NCBI RefSeq assembly: GCF_006345805.1
Contig: NC_043010.1
Coordinates: 12,152,001-12,216,000, forward strand
Source of the DNA: Octopus sinensis
Lineage: Eukaryota
Direction: 5' to 3'
Length of the DNA stretch: 64,000 bases
Below the pieces are notes generated by a model. The model worked only from the letters and a program-made list of their open reading frames with translations. It searched no databases and had not been told where the DNA came from. Below, piece after piece: positions 36,840 through 49,557 of the stretch. A program made the position numbers and the translations under genes. Each line of letters opens with the position of its first letter. Position 1 is the stretch's first letter.

Positions 36840-37920
36840 TGGTTGTATGGCAGAAAGCACATGTTGTGTGTGGTACGCTGAGTTTAAGTCAGTTGTTTTT
36901 GTGCAATGTCATTTTTGGCGTACTTATGGACAAGATCCACCTGCAGACAAAACCATTGTTCGTCGGTTTAACCAGTTTGAAGAAACTGGAAATATAAACA
37001 TTAAACCTCCAGGCCAGCCACGCACATCGGAAGAGAATGTGGAGATCTTTTCCTTTTGATGGACGGAATTTTCTAGTAAACTAAACAATTTGAAACTTCG
37101 TATACTGGTAGAATGTGTCAAAAGAAAACATTATTGTAAACAAAATTGTAATTTGTAAGTTTAACGTAGTTTAATTCTTCGAATTTTAACCAATGAAATG
37201 CCAGCATTTGAGCTGAAGTCATTTGCTGCGTTATCGATATTGATAAACAAACATAGCAGACGCACATATATTCAGATACATACACACGTACACTTGCACA
37301 CACACACACACACTCTGTCACGCACTCTCTCTCTCTCTCTCTCTCTCAAACACATGCATATACATTTGCATGAGACTGTCATGTTTTGATACAACTAAGA
37401 AGTCCATCACTCGACGTAGTTTGGAACTTCGTATGCCTAAAACAGCAATTCAAAATGTGCAGCATAAACACCTAAGACTGCATGCTTACAAAATTCAAAT
37501 GAGACAAAATTAAGGAGACACATAGGCCTCAAATATAGGCGTTGAATTTGCTGTAACGATGCTGAGAGAAATTGATGAAGATGATAGTTATCTTAACAGA
37601 ATTGTATTTAGTGATGAAGCAGCATTCCACATAAATGGTTGTGTTAACCGACATAACAGTCGGATATGAGGGGGCTCAGTGACCCAAAGGAGTTTTCCAG
37701 TACGTCCGTGATTCGCCCAGGGTTAATGTGTGGTGTGGACTTCGGCATAATCGTGTTAGCTCTTTCATGTTAGCAGAAAACACGATTGCGGCGATAGTTA
37801 CTTGGACATGCTAGAAATTTATGTGTTCCGTCAAATTGCAGACATTGAAAGAGAAAATGGAATAAGTGAAATCTTCCAGCTGGACGGAGCGACGGTTCAC
37901 TACAGCCATAATGTGAAAAC
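36840..37920 (+). pseudogene. Tc1/mariner transposase pseudogene interrupted by a GGATC-family MITE fragment (~37043-37390)
   Basis: HTH-like N-terminus (SVVFVQ...DPPADKTIVRRFNQFEETG); LHAYKIQ, FSDEAAFH...VNRHN, SPRVNVWCG and FQLDGA motifs, with stops and frameshifts. Confidence 0.8.
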
Positions 37921-37934
37921 TCCTCAAACCAAAG

Positions 37935-38100
37935 AAAACTGTAGATTCTATTAATGATACCTGGTAAAATCTATCAGATAACTGCAGCTTCGAAAGTATC
38001 TTTATTTTCATACTCAGTAGGTGCCAAGAAACATGTCAACTCCACAAAGTGGTACAGGTCTTTTGCAGTATTGTATTGCATTTCACCTGTTGACATGGTC
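37935..38100 (-). pseudogene. Decayed fourth copy of the Merlin-derived gene (3' end of exon 1 plus donor)
   Basis: Minus strand reads CFLAPTEYENKDTFEAAVI**ILPG|GTATC, with two in-frame stops replacing RW. Adjacent intron sequence (gtagattctatt) matches gene B. Confidence 0.8.
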
Positions 38101-38646
38101 CACTGTCATCTACTATGGCTGTAGCATCTTAAAATTGTTCTTCATCATCTCATTCCAAGCCATTTTTTTGCTTTTTTTTTCACACAGGTACTATTTATTT
38201 TGAGTAGTCAGCTCATACTCATGCAGATGTCACTCTTTCTTGCATGCTACATCTGATACAGATACACACACACACGTGTACTGATTATGACTTCTCTAGC
38301 TTTCCATAGTTTGTTTCTATCATTTGATCCTGTCAAACCTACATACATTCACTATAGAAACAACAATTACAGCCACTACAAGAATTTTGAAATTTCAATT
38401 CATTGGTCAATTTCATCTAACGTTTTAATTTTCATTTGAAGATGAAATAATCTGACATAGTCAGTTCAATGCTTTCCATTGGTGAAAATTAGCCAATCAG
38501 TTTCACTCATCAAAATCTAAGCAAACTCCCATTGGGAAGCCTATCGCTCACTGTTTAAAACACCTAATCCACAAATTTAATCAGTGAGATACTAGTGGCC
38601 TTAGTAGCTAGGAAACCAGCCTATATTATTTTACTATTTTACGAAA

Positions 38647-38862
38647 GGCAGTGAGCTGGCAGAAACGTTAGCACGCCGGGCGAAATGCGTAGCCGTATTT
38701 CGTCTGCCGCTATGTTCTGAGTTCAAATTCCGCCGAGGTCGACTTTGCCTTTCATCCTTTCGGGGTCGATAAATTAAGTACCAGTTACGCACTGGGATCG
38801 ATGTAATCGACTTAACCCGTTTGTCTGTCCTTGTTTGTCCCCTTGTGGGTAGTAAAGAAATA
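38647..38862 (+). mobile_element. SINE family 1
   Basis: Similarity to other copies. Confidence 0.85.
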
Positions 38863-39229
38863 GATATTATTTTACGATTTGCAAACGCTCCCACAATCAT
38901 TACCATGATTGTTGCACAAACTTTCTATTTCATGCTCACTTATTCTCAGTGAAATTACACAAGAAAAATTCACACACATATTCTCATTTGAAAATACTCA
39001 GTAACACTCACACGTAGATAGGCAGATGGGCAGTGTTGTTATTTTCCTTTCTTTTCACCTCATACAACTCTTTACCAATTCTCTTTTACATCAAGGTAAA
39101 ACAAAGAGCTGTATGTCTTGAAACTCCCCCCCATCCAACTTTTACCACTGGTTCTTGGGCAGAATCAGCTGTTTCAATCAATTCAACATTTATCCAGGTT
39201 ATCATGAACTTGTGAAATGTATTCAGTTC

Positions 39230-39612
39230 TATTCTTTTACTTGTTTCAGTCATTTGACTGCGGCCATGCTGGAGCACCACCTTTAGTCGAGCAAATCGAC
39301 CCCGGGACTTATTCTTTGTAAGCCCAGTACTTATTCTATCGGTATCTTTTGCCGAACCGCTAAGTAACGGGGACGTAAACACACCAGCATCGGTTGTCAA
39401 GCAATGCTAGGGGGACAAGCACATACACATATATATATATACATATATATGACAGGCTTCTTTCAGTTTCCGTCTACCAAATCCACTCACAAGGCATTGG
39501 TCGGCCCGGGGCTATAGCAGAAGACACTTGCCCAAGGTGCCACGCAGTGGGACTGAACCCAGAACCATGTGGTTGGTAAGCAAGCTACTTACCACACAGC
39601 CACTCCTGCGCC
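39230..39612 (-). mobile_element. SINE family 2
   Basis: Similarity to other copies. Confidence 0.85.
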
Positions 39613-39829
39613 TATGTATGTTTCACAGTTCCTTTGGTACAATAAAAATTTGTTGGGATTCAAATAGATGTACAACTGGTTTTCTCAAAAAACGTCTTAT
39701 CAAAATATCTTGGAAAATAAAATCCTATCAGATAAGTTTGTGCTCTGTTAAATATCCAGTCATTTATTCTTTGATGAAAATGAACCTTCATGTGAAAATT
39801 GTAAAAGTGAATGGATCAGCCAACCTGCT

Positions 39830-40228
39830 AAAGAGTTGGCGGAATCATTAGCACGCCAGGCGAAATGCTTAGCAATATTTCGTTTGTGGTTACGTTCTGA
39901 GTTCAAATTCCGCCGAGGTCGACTTTGCTTTTCATCCTTCCGGGGTCGATAAATAAAGTACCAGTTACGCACTGGTGTCGATGTAATCGACTTAATCTGT
40001 TTGTCCCCTCTGTGTTTAGCCCCTTGTGGGCAATAAAGAAATAGGTATTTTGTCTGCCATTACGTTCTGAGTTCACATTCCACCGAGGTCGACTTTGCCT
40101 TTCATTCTTTCAGGGTCGATAAATTAAGTACCAGTAATGCACTGGGGTCGATGTAATCAACTTAATTCCTTTGTGTTCCCTTGTTTGTCCCCTCTACGTT
40201 TAACCCCTTGTGGGCAAGAAAGAAATAA
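39830..40228 (+). mobile_element. SINE family 1, tandem dimer
   Basis: Two consecutive bodies. Confidence 0.8.
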
Positions 40229-40834
40229 GAGAGGGTAGTGAAGCATCCTCCAAATCACAACCTAACATCTTACAGAAAAAGGACAGCTTGAGCAACGTGG
40301 TCTTGGTGCAATGTCTCGGAAAAAGGGAGAAGCTATGTAGCCACTTGACCCCATAGAGATACCTTACATAAACTCATTTTTACCCCTGGGAAGAAGTGAT
40401 TCACATCCATATGGCTTCTATCCTTTACACTGTCCAGCATGGGTGGTCCTACTTGGGATCTGCCAGTATAACTTTGAGGGTCATTGATGCACACAAGCTA
40501 CCACTTTTCTACAAGGACTAGACCCTGAGGAAGATTAGTTTGCTGTAGAATTTGAATAAATCCCTCAAAAATACAGAATGGTCGTGACTGGAATACCTTT
40601 GATCATGTTTGCACAATCAAGACAGACATGGAACTAAACTTTCTTTAATCATTATGAAATGAAATCATCATCATCATCATCGTTTAACATCCGCTGACAG
40701 CATATACAGAAGATATGACAATGCTTTTGAAGGATTGACAATTTCCCTAAAGAGATTACTGAGGGAAGTTTCATGGTGTAATAATGAACAGACATGGTCA
40801 GTAATTTATTCAGTTCAAAGATTTTCTTCAACAG

Positions 40835-41243
40835 CCGTAGGAGTGGCTGCGTGGTAAGTAGCTTGTTTACCAACCACATGGTTCCGGGTTCAGTCCCACT
40901 GCATGGCATCTTGGGCAAGTGTCTTCTACTATAGCCTCGGGCCGACCAAAGCCTTGTGAGTGGATTTGGTAGACGGAAACTGAAAGAAGCCCGTCGTATA
41001 TATGCATATATATGTGTGTGTGCGTGTGTGTTTGTGTGTCTGTGTTTGTCCCCCTAGCATTGCTTGACAACCGATGCTGGTGTGTTTATGTCCCCGTTAC
41101 TTAGCGGTTCGGCAAAAGAGACCGATAGAATAAGTACTGGGCTTACAAAGAACAAGTCCCGGGGTCGAGTTGCTCGATTAAAGGCGGTGCTCCAGCATGG
41201 CTGCAGTCAAATGACTGAAACAAGTAAAAGAGTAAAGAGAGTA
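40835..41243 (+). mobile_element. SINE family 2
   Basis: Similarity to other copies. Confidence 0.85.
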
Positions 41244-41451
41244 AGCCTGGAGATATAGTAGATGAGACTTACCCAAAGTGCCACGCAGTGGGATTGAACC
41301 AGAAGTCGTGTAGTTGCAATGTAACCTTCATAACCGCACAACTATGGCTGTGCCTGTAATTATTTTGGTCAATTTTTCTTAAGCACATGTTTAACAAAAA
41401 TTATGATGTGAAAATTACACGACTGGCTACAAAAATATAAAAGCAAATTTA

Positions 41452-41747
41452 TTAGACTTTATACAAATGTTTGATACAGTAAATTAGGGCAGCGAATTTA
41501 TCGTTATTCTTAAAATGAGATCTCCACATAAATTCTGTTAAATGAGAATAAAATAAGGCTTTGTTATTAATTGAATGTCTTCGTCGTAGCTGTTGCCTGA
41601 ATCTGAGCCACATTTTGCTGATATTTTGAATGTGGATCTCTGGGTCATTTGGGTTTTCATAGTCTATATATTCATGAGTGTATATGCCTTGTTCAATCTG
41701 GTCAATTTGAAGATATTCAGCCCATATATCTGATATAATATGAGTGC
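41452..41747 (-). CDS. Merlin-derived gene B, exon 2
   Basis: Acceptor cattacag|GC. Open frame: (G)THIISDIWAEYLQIDQIEQGIYTHEYIDYENPNDPEIHIQNISKMWLRFRQQLRRRHSINNKALFYSHLTEFMWRSHFKNNDKFAALIYCIKHLYKV*. Confidence 0.88.
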
Positions 41748-42299
41748 CTGTAATGAAAGTAATGAAGAGTTATTTATAAAAGATTTATACGTTTTTCCAA
41801 AGTTAAAAAACAAGTGAAACAGAGATTTAACATAGCAAAACTAAATCACAGACTTCACTCACCAAAAACATATTGATGTATCATAGTAATTTCAAAACTA
41901 AAATAATATAGTTACCATCTATATATGCAGTAATCTGTCTTGAAAGAAGGTATATCCAAGTGTGAATGACTACAGAGTCACATACTGTACTATATACTGA
42001 TGTAATCTCCAGGGATACAGGCATCCAGCAACAGGACCTTCATAATGCTATGATGGACCGTGAAGTCTGGCGTAGCATGGTAAATTCCATTGTCTTGACC
42101 ATGGTTAAACAATGATGGTGAGCAGTGAACAGAAATGTTAAACCATTTCATCTTCAAAGTTAATTTACAGATTCTGCCATTAAGATCTTACAATCCTGTT
42201 TTATGTGTTAGATTTCCCATGTTTAACATATTTAATCCCAAGAAGCTCAATTACTTCATGTAATATACTGCCTTTTGTTATAAGCTTCACTGTTTAGGA

Positions 42300-42655
42300 C
42301 CCCTTGGATGCCATGACCCCTGGACTGGTGGTACGTAAAAAGCACCATCCGAATTGTGGCCGAAGCCAGTGCCGCCTCGACTGGCTTCCGTGCCGGTGGC
42401 ACATAAAATGCACCAATCCGACCGTGGCCGTTGCCAGCCTCGCCTGGCAACTGTGCAGGTGGCACATAAAAAGCACCCACTACACTCACGGAGTGGTTGG
42501 CGTTAGGAAGGGCATCCAGCTGTAGAAACATTGCTAGATCAGACTGGGGCCTGGTGCAGCCTCCTGGCTTCCCAGATCCCCGGTCGAACCGTCCAACCCG
42601 TGCTAGCATGGAGAACGGACGTTAAACGACGATGATGATGATGATAATGATGTTT
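42300..42655 (+). mobile_element. RTE 3'-tail-derived element
   Basis: Shared 3' end and (GAT)n tail. Confidence 0.8.
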
Positions 42656-42769
42656 AATGAGTCTAAATTGACATGCACGACATTATGTAAAAGAAAAAAA
42701 AAGATGAACTGGCTGTCCAAGTATACAGGCATGTCCTCTATATACCCTCACTTTCAAGTGAGCTTAATC

Positions 42770-43330
42770 ATGCAGGCTCGTGGGTGCTGGGGCTACATAA
42801 AAGTACCCATGTTGGTGTCACATAAAAGTACCCGTGTTGGTGTCACATAAAAGTGCCTGTGTTGGTGCCATGTAAAAGCACCCGTGTTGGTATCCTGTAA
42901 AAGTACATATGCCAGTGTGATGTAAACGCATCCAGCACACTTTGAAAAGTGGTTGATGTTAGGAAGGGCATCCAGCTGTAGAAACCATGCCAAATCAGTC
43001 TGGAGTCCGGTGCAGCTCTCCAACTTGCTAGCTCTGGTCAAACCTATTTCTTTACTACCCACAAGGGGCTAAACACAGTAGGGGACAAACAAGGACAAAT
43101 GAATTAAGTCGATTACATTGACCCCAGTGTGTAACTGGTACTTAATTTATCGACCCCCGAAAGGATAAAAGGCAAAGTCGACCTTGACGGAATTTGAACT
43201 CAGAACATAACGGCAGGCGAAATACGGCTACGCATTTCTGCAGGTGTGCTAACGTTTCTGCCAGCTCGCCGCTCTGGTCAAACCATCCAACTCATGCCAG
43301 CATGGACAACAGACATCAAATGATGATGAC
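42770..43330 (+). mobile_element. RTE 3'-tail element with 25-bp tandem units, split by a family 1 SINE (43046-43272, minus strand)
   Basis: cataaaagtacccgtgttggtgtca about five times; SINE TSD ctctggtcaaacc. Confidence 0.7.
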
Positions 43331-43409
43331 ACATGGTTACAAATCAAAGTTCAAAATTGTCTTAAATTTCACTTGCTGTAAATTGGGCTAAGCTTGTCAT
43401 TCTGTAGAT

Positions 43410-43947
43410 TAGTGCTTCTCAAACTATCTGATGTGGCATACTAGCAGGTGCCTTTTTTTTTTCAATGTGCCAGGGACCAGTAATATTTCTTAGTAATATT
43501 AATTTATACCAGAAACATATATAATGAATAAAAAAAACTACTAATAATGAAATTATTGTATACAGTGCTCAGGTGCACCACAACTTGTCAAAAATGCGTA
43601 TAAAGCATATGCAGTAATGTACAAATGTCTGGAAAGTGAACAGTGTATGAGTCAGATACATGCCTGTGTGTTAATGGAGGGGAGAAAATCAGGTGTAGTG
43701 TTGGTGAATCTCAGGAAGCATGGAAGTTTTGAAGGATGCAGTGCTCCGACAACTAACAACTGATGCCGGCAGTTTGTTCCATGCTTCAGCAACTCTTAGC
43801 GTGAAAAAATATTTCCGAAAGTCATAGGAGCCGTGCTGTTTTCTGACTTTGTAAACATGTCTTGTGAGTGGATATGGTAGACGGAAACTGAAAGAAGCAT
43901 GGACCCCCAAAAATCTTATATGGCCCTCCAGAGGTTATGGACCACTG
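43410..43947. mobile_element. Degenerate hAT MITE containing a CR1 3' fragment (43560-43858, minus strand)
   Basis: TAGTG...CACTG ends; flanks ctgtagat/ctctagag; CR1 tail FTLRVAEAWNKLPASVV. Confidence 0.55.
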
Positions 43948-45286
43948 CTCTAGAGCCCTAGTGTTGATAGAGTTTACATTTATATATATTAGTTTATTAA
44001 ACGATACAGGTGTTAAAGGTATTTACAAAACCTAATACTATTATATTCATACTGATCTTTTTGTTACAGGTTTCGGACAGGTCTTGCACTATAAGAAGTG
44101 GGGATGTGCAGTTACATCGACGTTGCAAGGCCAGGTTGACATAATCAATCATTTTATTAACAACCAGATGTTGCAACTAAAGTCAGCTGTTGAGTGATTT
44201 CTGATCACAACAGAAACACAAGAATTAAACCGAATTCATTAATGTTTCGAATTAGATAAAAAAAACCATGAATAGAAAACCGTTGTAAAACAGGCCCAGA
44301 TCGTGAAATAAAACGATAGCTACATGTAACAAAGCTAAAGTGGTCCAATTACTATGTCAAGGGGTTATAAGTAAGTATCGGTGAAGCTAATTTTTTTAAA
44401 AAGATAGACTGTTTAATGACCTAAAAATAAACAATTTAATGACGTGAAGCCTAACAACATTTTTGTGCTAAACCTGATTCTGTTTCTTCATAACTTTTTT
44501 GGAAAATGCATATTTAAAAAAAAAATTAAATTTTGCAGTGATAAGTTTTCGAGAAGTATAGATTATGCTAGCAAAATTAATAAATGCTTTCTGTAACAAA
44601 CAAAAATCAGTAATAATAATAATGGTTTCAAATTTGGCACAGGGCCATCAAGTTCGAGAAGGGGTTAGGTCAATTACATCGACCCATTCCACCCCCAATA
44701 TCCAACCGCCACTTATTTTATCAACTCCAAAAGGATGAAAAGGCTAAGTCGACAGTGGCGGCATTTAAACACAGAACAGAACAGAACAGAGAAGGCGGGA
44801 GACATAGTGTTAAGTATTTTACCCGGCGTGCTAACGATTCAGTTAGCTCGGGGCACACTTGTGTAGGTATGCCTAATAATAAATGAATAAATTAAAATAT
44901 GGAAAAGTTTCAGATAATTTTCTTTTCACATCTTGAGCTCATTTCCTCAAAACCATTTTTTCTCCCTAAATCTTATCAACATAATCGTAATTTTCCCCAC
45001 CGGAAACGTATTTATGTCGAATTACATTTAAAATTATGCATTTTATGAAGAAACAAAAGTTGAATGAATGAAAGGAGAATTATCCGAAACACCTCCCAGA
45101 AAAGTTTCTAAATTATATTAATATAATTGTGGTATACACCTTCAAAAACCCAATAGTAAATATAATTTTAAAATATGCATTTTACAAAAAAAAGAAAAGA
45201 AAAAAACAGGTAACAAAATCGGAAGGAGTAGCGCCAAACTTTGCACTTACACCTGATTTGAAAATCGTAGATTCTATTACTCATAC

Positions 45287-45977
45287 CTGGTAAAATCCAC
45301 CGGATAATTGCAGCTTCGAATGCATCTTTATTTTCATGTTCAATGGGTACAAGGAAACATTTGTCGGTGCCACGTTCGATTCCACCAAAAACACGAAATC
45401 CTTTCAAATGCCTTTTATTGGATTTAGATCTGGAAAATGTAGTTATGTCTATTTCAACAACTTTCGGTTCACCTGTCTGTAAATCGAAGCCGCCTATCTC
45501 AGGTGCGTCATCTATTTCGGTGGGGTGGTCTTCCAGGAACCGTTCTAGTAGTTCTCGGATGAGCCTGAACAGGTCAATGCTTGATGTCGTGCAGATGTCT
45601 GTTTCAAAGGTGATTTCATTATGCAGGTAATTTCTCGACCACATGTACATGAACCATAGGAACGTTGTCAAGGAGAGGTGACTGTTTTCGAAAAAGGACC
45701 CTTTGCGGACAGATCGAACGAAGTTATGCTTCCGGCAGCTCCATCGTTTGCCGTCGCCTCCGCTGTTGCGAGTGACGAACGAACAAGGGTTACTACAAGT
45801 GGGACACAGGAAAGAATTGCTTATAAGCTTGTATTTAGCTAACCACATCATCGCTGTATCTTTCGTGGAGGTCTGTTGGAAGAGATCGGAGAACGTCCAG
45901 GTCTCTTGCCTAATTTCTTCATCGTCTATGATGTCCGTACTTATCATTTTGCGGCTGGGTTGCTTAGGGCGAGACAT
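45287..45977 (-). CDS. Merlin-derived gene B, exon 1 (691 nt; joins 41747-41452; 328 aa total)
   Basis: ATG at 45977 (MSRPK...) aligns with the A and C starts. Same motifs; donor CAG|GTATGA at 45287. Confidence 0.9.
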
Positions 45978-46029
45978 TCTGATACAAAACCAAACCACGA
46001 AAAGGAATCAGGGAAGAAAATTTCTCTAC

Positions 46030-46070
46030 AGGCGAAATCAAGATTCTTAAAGGAAATGTCAGTTTCGTAT
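46030..46070. promoter_or_regulatory. Conserved dyad upstream of gene B
   Basis: AGGCGAAATC-N21-AGTTTCGTAT, 53 bp upstream of the ATG. Confidence 0.45.
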
Positions 46071-46507
46071 CAATCAATTTGCATCACAAATGAATGAATT
46101 AATTAATAATAATTAACATAAAATTTCTTATTCAGAAATATAGGACTTAATTCTAATAAAGTAACTTATTTGAAGCATTGCCTCTTTTCGTTAACAGAAA
46201 GGAAAAGATGCAATTTAATCTTTTTATTTTGTTTTTTTCTTTTTTTTTTAATGTTGGTAAACTTAGATTTTTAAATGTCAGCCTCGTTGTGAAATGTAAA
46301 CAAATGTTGCATTTCAGATCCGAAAGGGGTGGAGTCCGGATCCAAAGCACCTTCATACATAAATAAACGGCGAGAACTTCTTTTGTTGTTGCTTCGCTTT
46401 TTTCAATAGTTTTCACGCATTTTTTATATGGTGTTCTATCGCCTCGACGAATTAAATGTTTTCAGTATGAAAGATTATGATTATGCTAAAAAAAAAAAAA
46501 AAAAATT

Positions 46508-46670
46508 CACAGGAGTGGCTGTGTGGTAGGTAGTTTGCCTACCAACCACATGGTTCTGGGTTCAGTCCCACTGCGTGGCATCTTGGGCAAGTGTCTTCTG
46601 CTATAGCCCCGGGCCGACCAATGCCTTGTGAGTGGATTTGGTAGACGGAAACTGAAAGAAGCCTGTCGTA

Positions 46671-46727
<57 letters not shown>

Positions 46728-46930
46728 GTCTGTGTTTGTCCCCCTAGCATTGCTTGACAACCGATGCTGGTGTGTTTACGTCCCCGTCACATAGCGGTTC
46801 GGCAAAAGAGACCGATAGAATAAGTACTGGGCTTACAAAGAATAACTCCCGGGGTCGATTTGCTCGACTAAAGGCAGTGCTCCAGCATGGCCGCAGTCAG
46901 ATGACTGAAACAAGTAAAAGAGTAAAAGAG
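46508..46930 (+). mobile_element. SINE family 2
   Basis: Similarity to other copies. Confidence 0.85.
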
Positions 46931-47584
46931 TAATATTTTGGTGAATTTTTCAGCGGAAATTTTTAACAGGTGATTGCAACCTCGTGGGAGAAGATAACTG
47001 ACATGTATCAAGGATTTTTTTTCTTTCCTTTATCTATTTTCTTTTTGGCGAGACTTCCTTTTGTACCCCACTCCACAAAAAACACCCCTTTTTTATTTTT
47101 TTTCCTAAACAAACCCCTGTTTTCGGCTGGGAAAAATACGAAAAAATTAGCATCTTGAAATCCCCCACTCCCAATTTCTTCATTTTTGACTCGTTTTTCA
47201 GAATTTTTTTTTTTTCAAAATATGCGGTAAAATACGGAGATTATGATTCTGAAAAAAATGTCCAAAAATTTTTGAAGTTAGGGTTAGGGTTTTAGGATTA
47301 CGGTTAAGGATAGGGTTAGGGAAAAAAGTGAAAAATTAAGAAATTGGGGGGAAGGGGGCCGAAATTTCAAAATGACGATTTTTTTCCTGGAATCTCCGTA
47401 TCCGAAAACAACGGTTTTTGGAAAAAATAATTGGGAGAAAGTCTTCCCTCTTTTTTTCCACACAGCAGAGATGCCACCACCCAACAAAATTTTAAATTTC
47501 TACAATTTTCATGCTCTTTTTTTTTTTTTTTTTCCTTCAAGAAACAGTGATAAGTCTTCCAGAACTACTGCATCCAAAACATCT

Positions 47585-47734
47585 GGTGCTACTTAAATAC
47601 AGGTGATACGTACACAACATTTTAAATATACGTTATGTGGACATGTAATGACACCCTAACCATAACCCTAAAACTAACCCTCCCCTTCATATCATTACAT
47701 TGATGCAGTGGGACCTCTGTATTTAAGTAGTGCC
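47585..47734. mobile_element. GGTACTACTTAAATACAG-type MITE
   Basis: TIR GGTGCTACTTAAATACAG / CTGTATTTAAGTAGTGCC; degenerate TSD; internal CCCTAA-like repeats. Confidence 0.7.
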
Positions 47735-47789
47735 AAATATCCTCCTTTTACATTTTTCAAATTCTTTTCCAGCTTGTTTCTCTTTCTCT

Positions 47790-48174
47790 CTTTCTCTTTT
47801 ACTTGTTTCAGTCATTTGACTGCGGCCATGCTGGAGCACCGCCTTTAATCGAGCAACTCGACCCCGGGACTTATTCTTTTGTAAGCCCAGTACTTATTCT
47901 ATCGGTCTTTTTTGCCGAACCGCTAAGTAACGGGGACATAAACACACCAGCATCGGTTGTCAAGCAATGCTAGGGGGACAAACACACACATGCATATATA
48001 TACATATATACGACGGGCTTCTTTCAGTTTCCGTCTACCAAATCCACTCACAAGGCTTTGGTTGGCCTGGGGCTATAGCAGAAGACACTTGCCCAAGGTG
48101 CCACGCAGTGGGACTGAACCCGGAACCATGTGGCTGGTAAACAAGCTACTTACCACACAGCCACTCCTGCGCCT
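47790..48174 (-). mobile_element. SINE family 2
   Basis: Similarity to other copies. Confidence 0.85.
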
Positions 48175-49249
48175 GTTTATTTATTTATTTTTGTATGTTT
48201 GGAAAGGTGGGCAGTATGATTCGAAAAACAAATTTTGTGATCTTTTGCACCTAAGAAAGCACTTTCAGAAATAGCAAAAGTTATGAATGATTCAAGGTCT
48301 CTGAGAAACAAGAGATAAACTACTGCAGCTTCTTTCATTTTGTGTATGTGTGTGCATGGTACCAATTGTAAAAGCTTCTTTGTGACTGAGTATACAAATT
48401 ATAAAAGTGTCTTGTATGTGTGCATGTGTGTGTGTCAGCACACGTGCTCAGATTATTCAAAAACGTCTTTTGTTTTGCATGTGTGCAGGAGAAAAATATA
48501 ATTATGAAAAAGGAACACAAAGATATTACATTGACATGGATCTAGTCTTTCTCACTTCTTAATCATATAATTATGAAAAAAGAACACAAAAATATTCTTT
48601 CTACACAAGTCCTAATTTTTCAGTTAGGCCTTGTTTAGAATTACATTGACCCGGATCTAATCTTTCTCACTTCTTCTTAATCATTCAGACATATTGTACC
48701 CATTTTGTAAGCTGTGACCAATGGTCATTGAGTTAACAATGACAATTTGTCTCTTGTTGATATCAATACTAAACCAGCTGCGGGTAGTAAGCTATGAAAT
48801 TTTTTAATTCTCTCACTTTTTTGTAATTCAGACCACCTCATAATCCCAGCAAACAAAATGGAAAACACATCGCTCTGGAGGATGGCAAGGGAGATGCTAT
48901 GGAACAGCCACTCTGACTCACAGGTCTCATACTTGCAGATAGCCATCATCTCTTTCTCCTTTATATATTCTCCATGCTCATAAGCTCTCTTAATAGTATA
49001 AGTTTATTTCAACATCAGTAACAGAAAGTGTGCAGTTATTCTTCATGACACGCCTCACACCTCTGAGTCTCACATCATAGAACGTACGCAAACCATTTTT
49101 TTTTTTTGCCTCTCCCTTTGCAAGCTATTTAACATTTTACTCAGCTGCTCCCTTCCTTCCTGGCTTCTTAAGTATGACTATATGATTTTAATACTCTATT
49201 TAGAGTGACGCTAGGAAGGGCACCCTGGCATTTGGAAGGGCATCCTTGG

Positions 49250-49395
49250 CGTTAGGAAGGGCATCCAGCTGTAGAAACTCTGCCAAATCAAGATTGGAGA
49301 CTGGTGCAGCCATCTGGTTCACCAGCCCTCAGTCAAAATCGTCCAATCCGTGCTAGCATGGAAAGCGGACATTAAATGATGATGATGATGATGAT
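49250..49395 (+). mobile_element. RTE 3'-tail fragment
   Basis: Shared 3' end. Confidence 0.75.
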
Positions 49396-49557
49396 TTACA
49401 GTACTATTCCACCACATTTTCAGCTTGTGTTGAACTGGAACCTTGCACCAACCACAGGCTTCATCTGCAGCCTGCAACAGATTGCTAATAACTTCCAGAT
49501 CTTCTGTGCTGAAAAGTCTCTATCTTGTCTTTCTTCCTGTCATAAGTATCAGCTAGA

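Noticed and set aside
45978-45998. Upstream starts at 45998 (GTG) and 53886 (TTG)
   Set aside because: These are non-ATG codons; the ATGs at 45977 and 53868 align with the ATG of gene A and give identical exon lengths.
47278-47320. Chromosome end or true telomere
   Set aside because: Only short, degenerate TTAGGG tracts inside interspersed elements.
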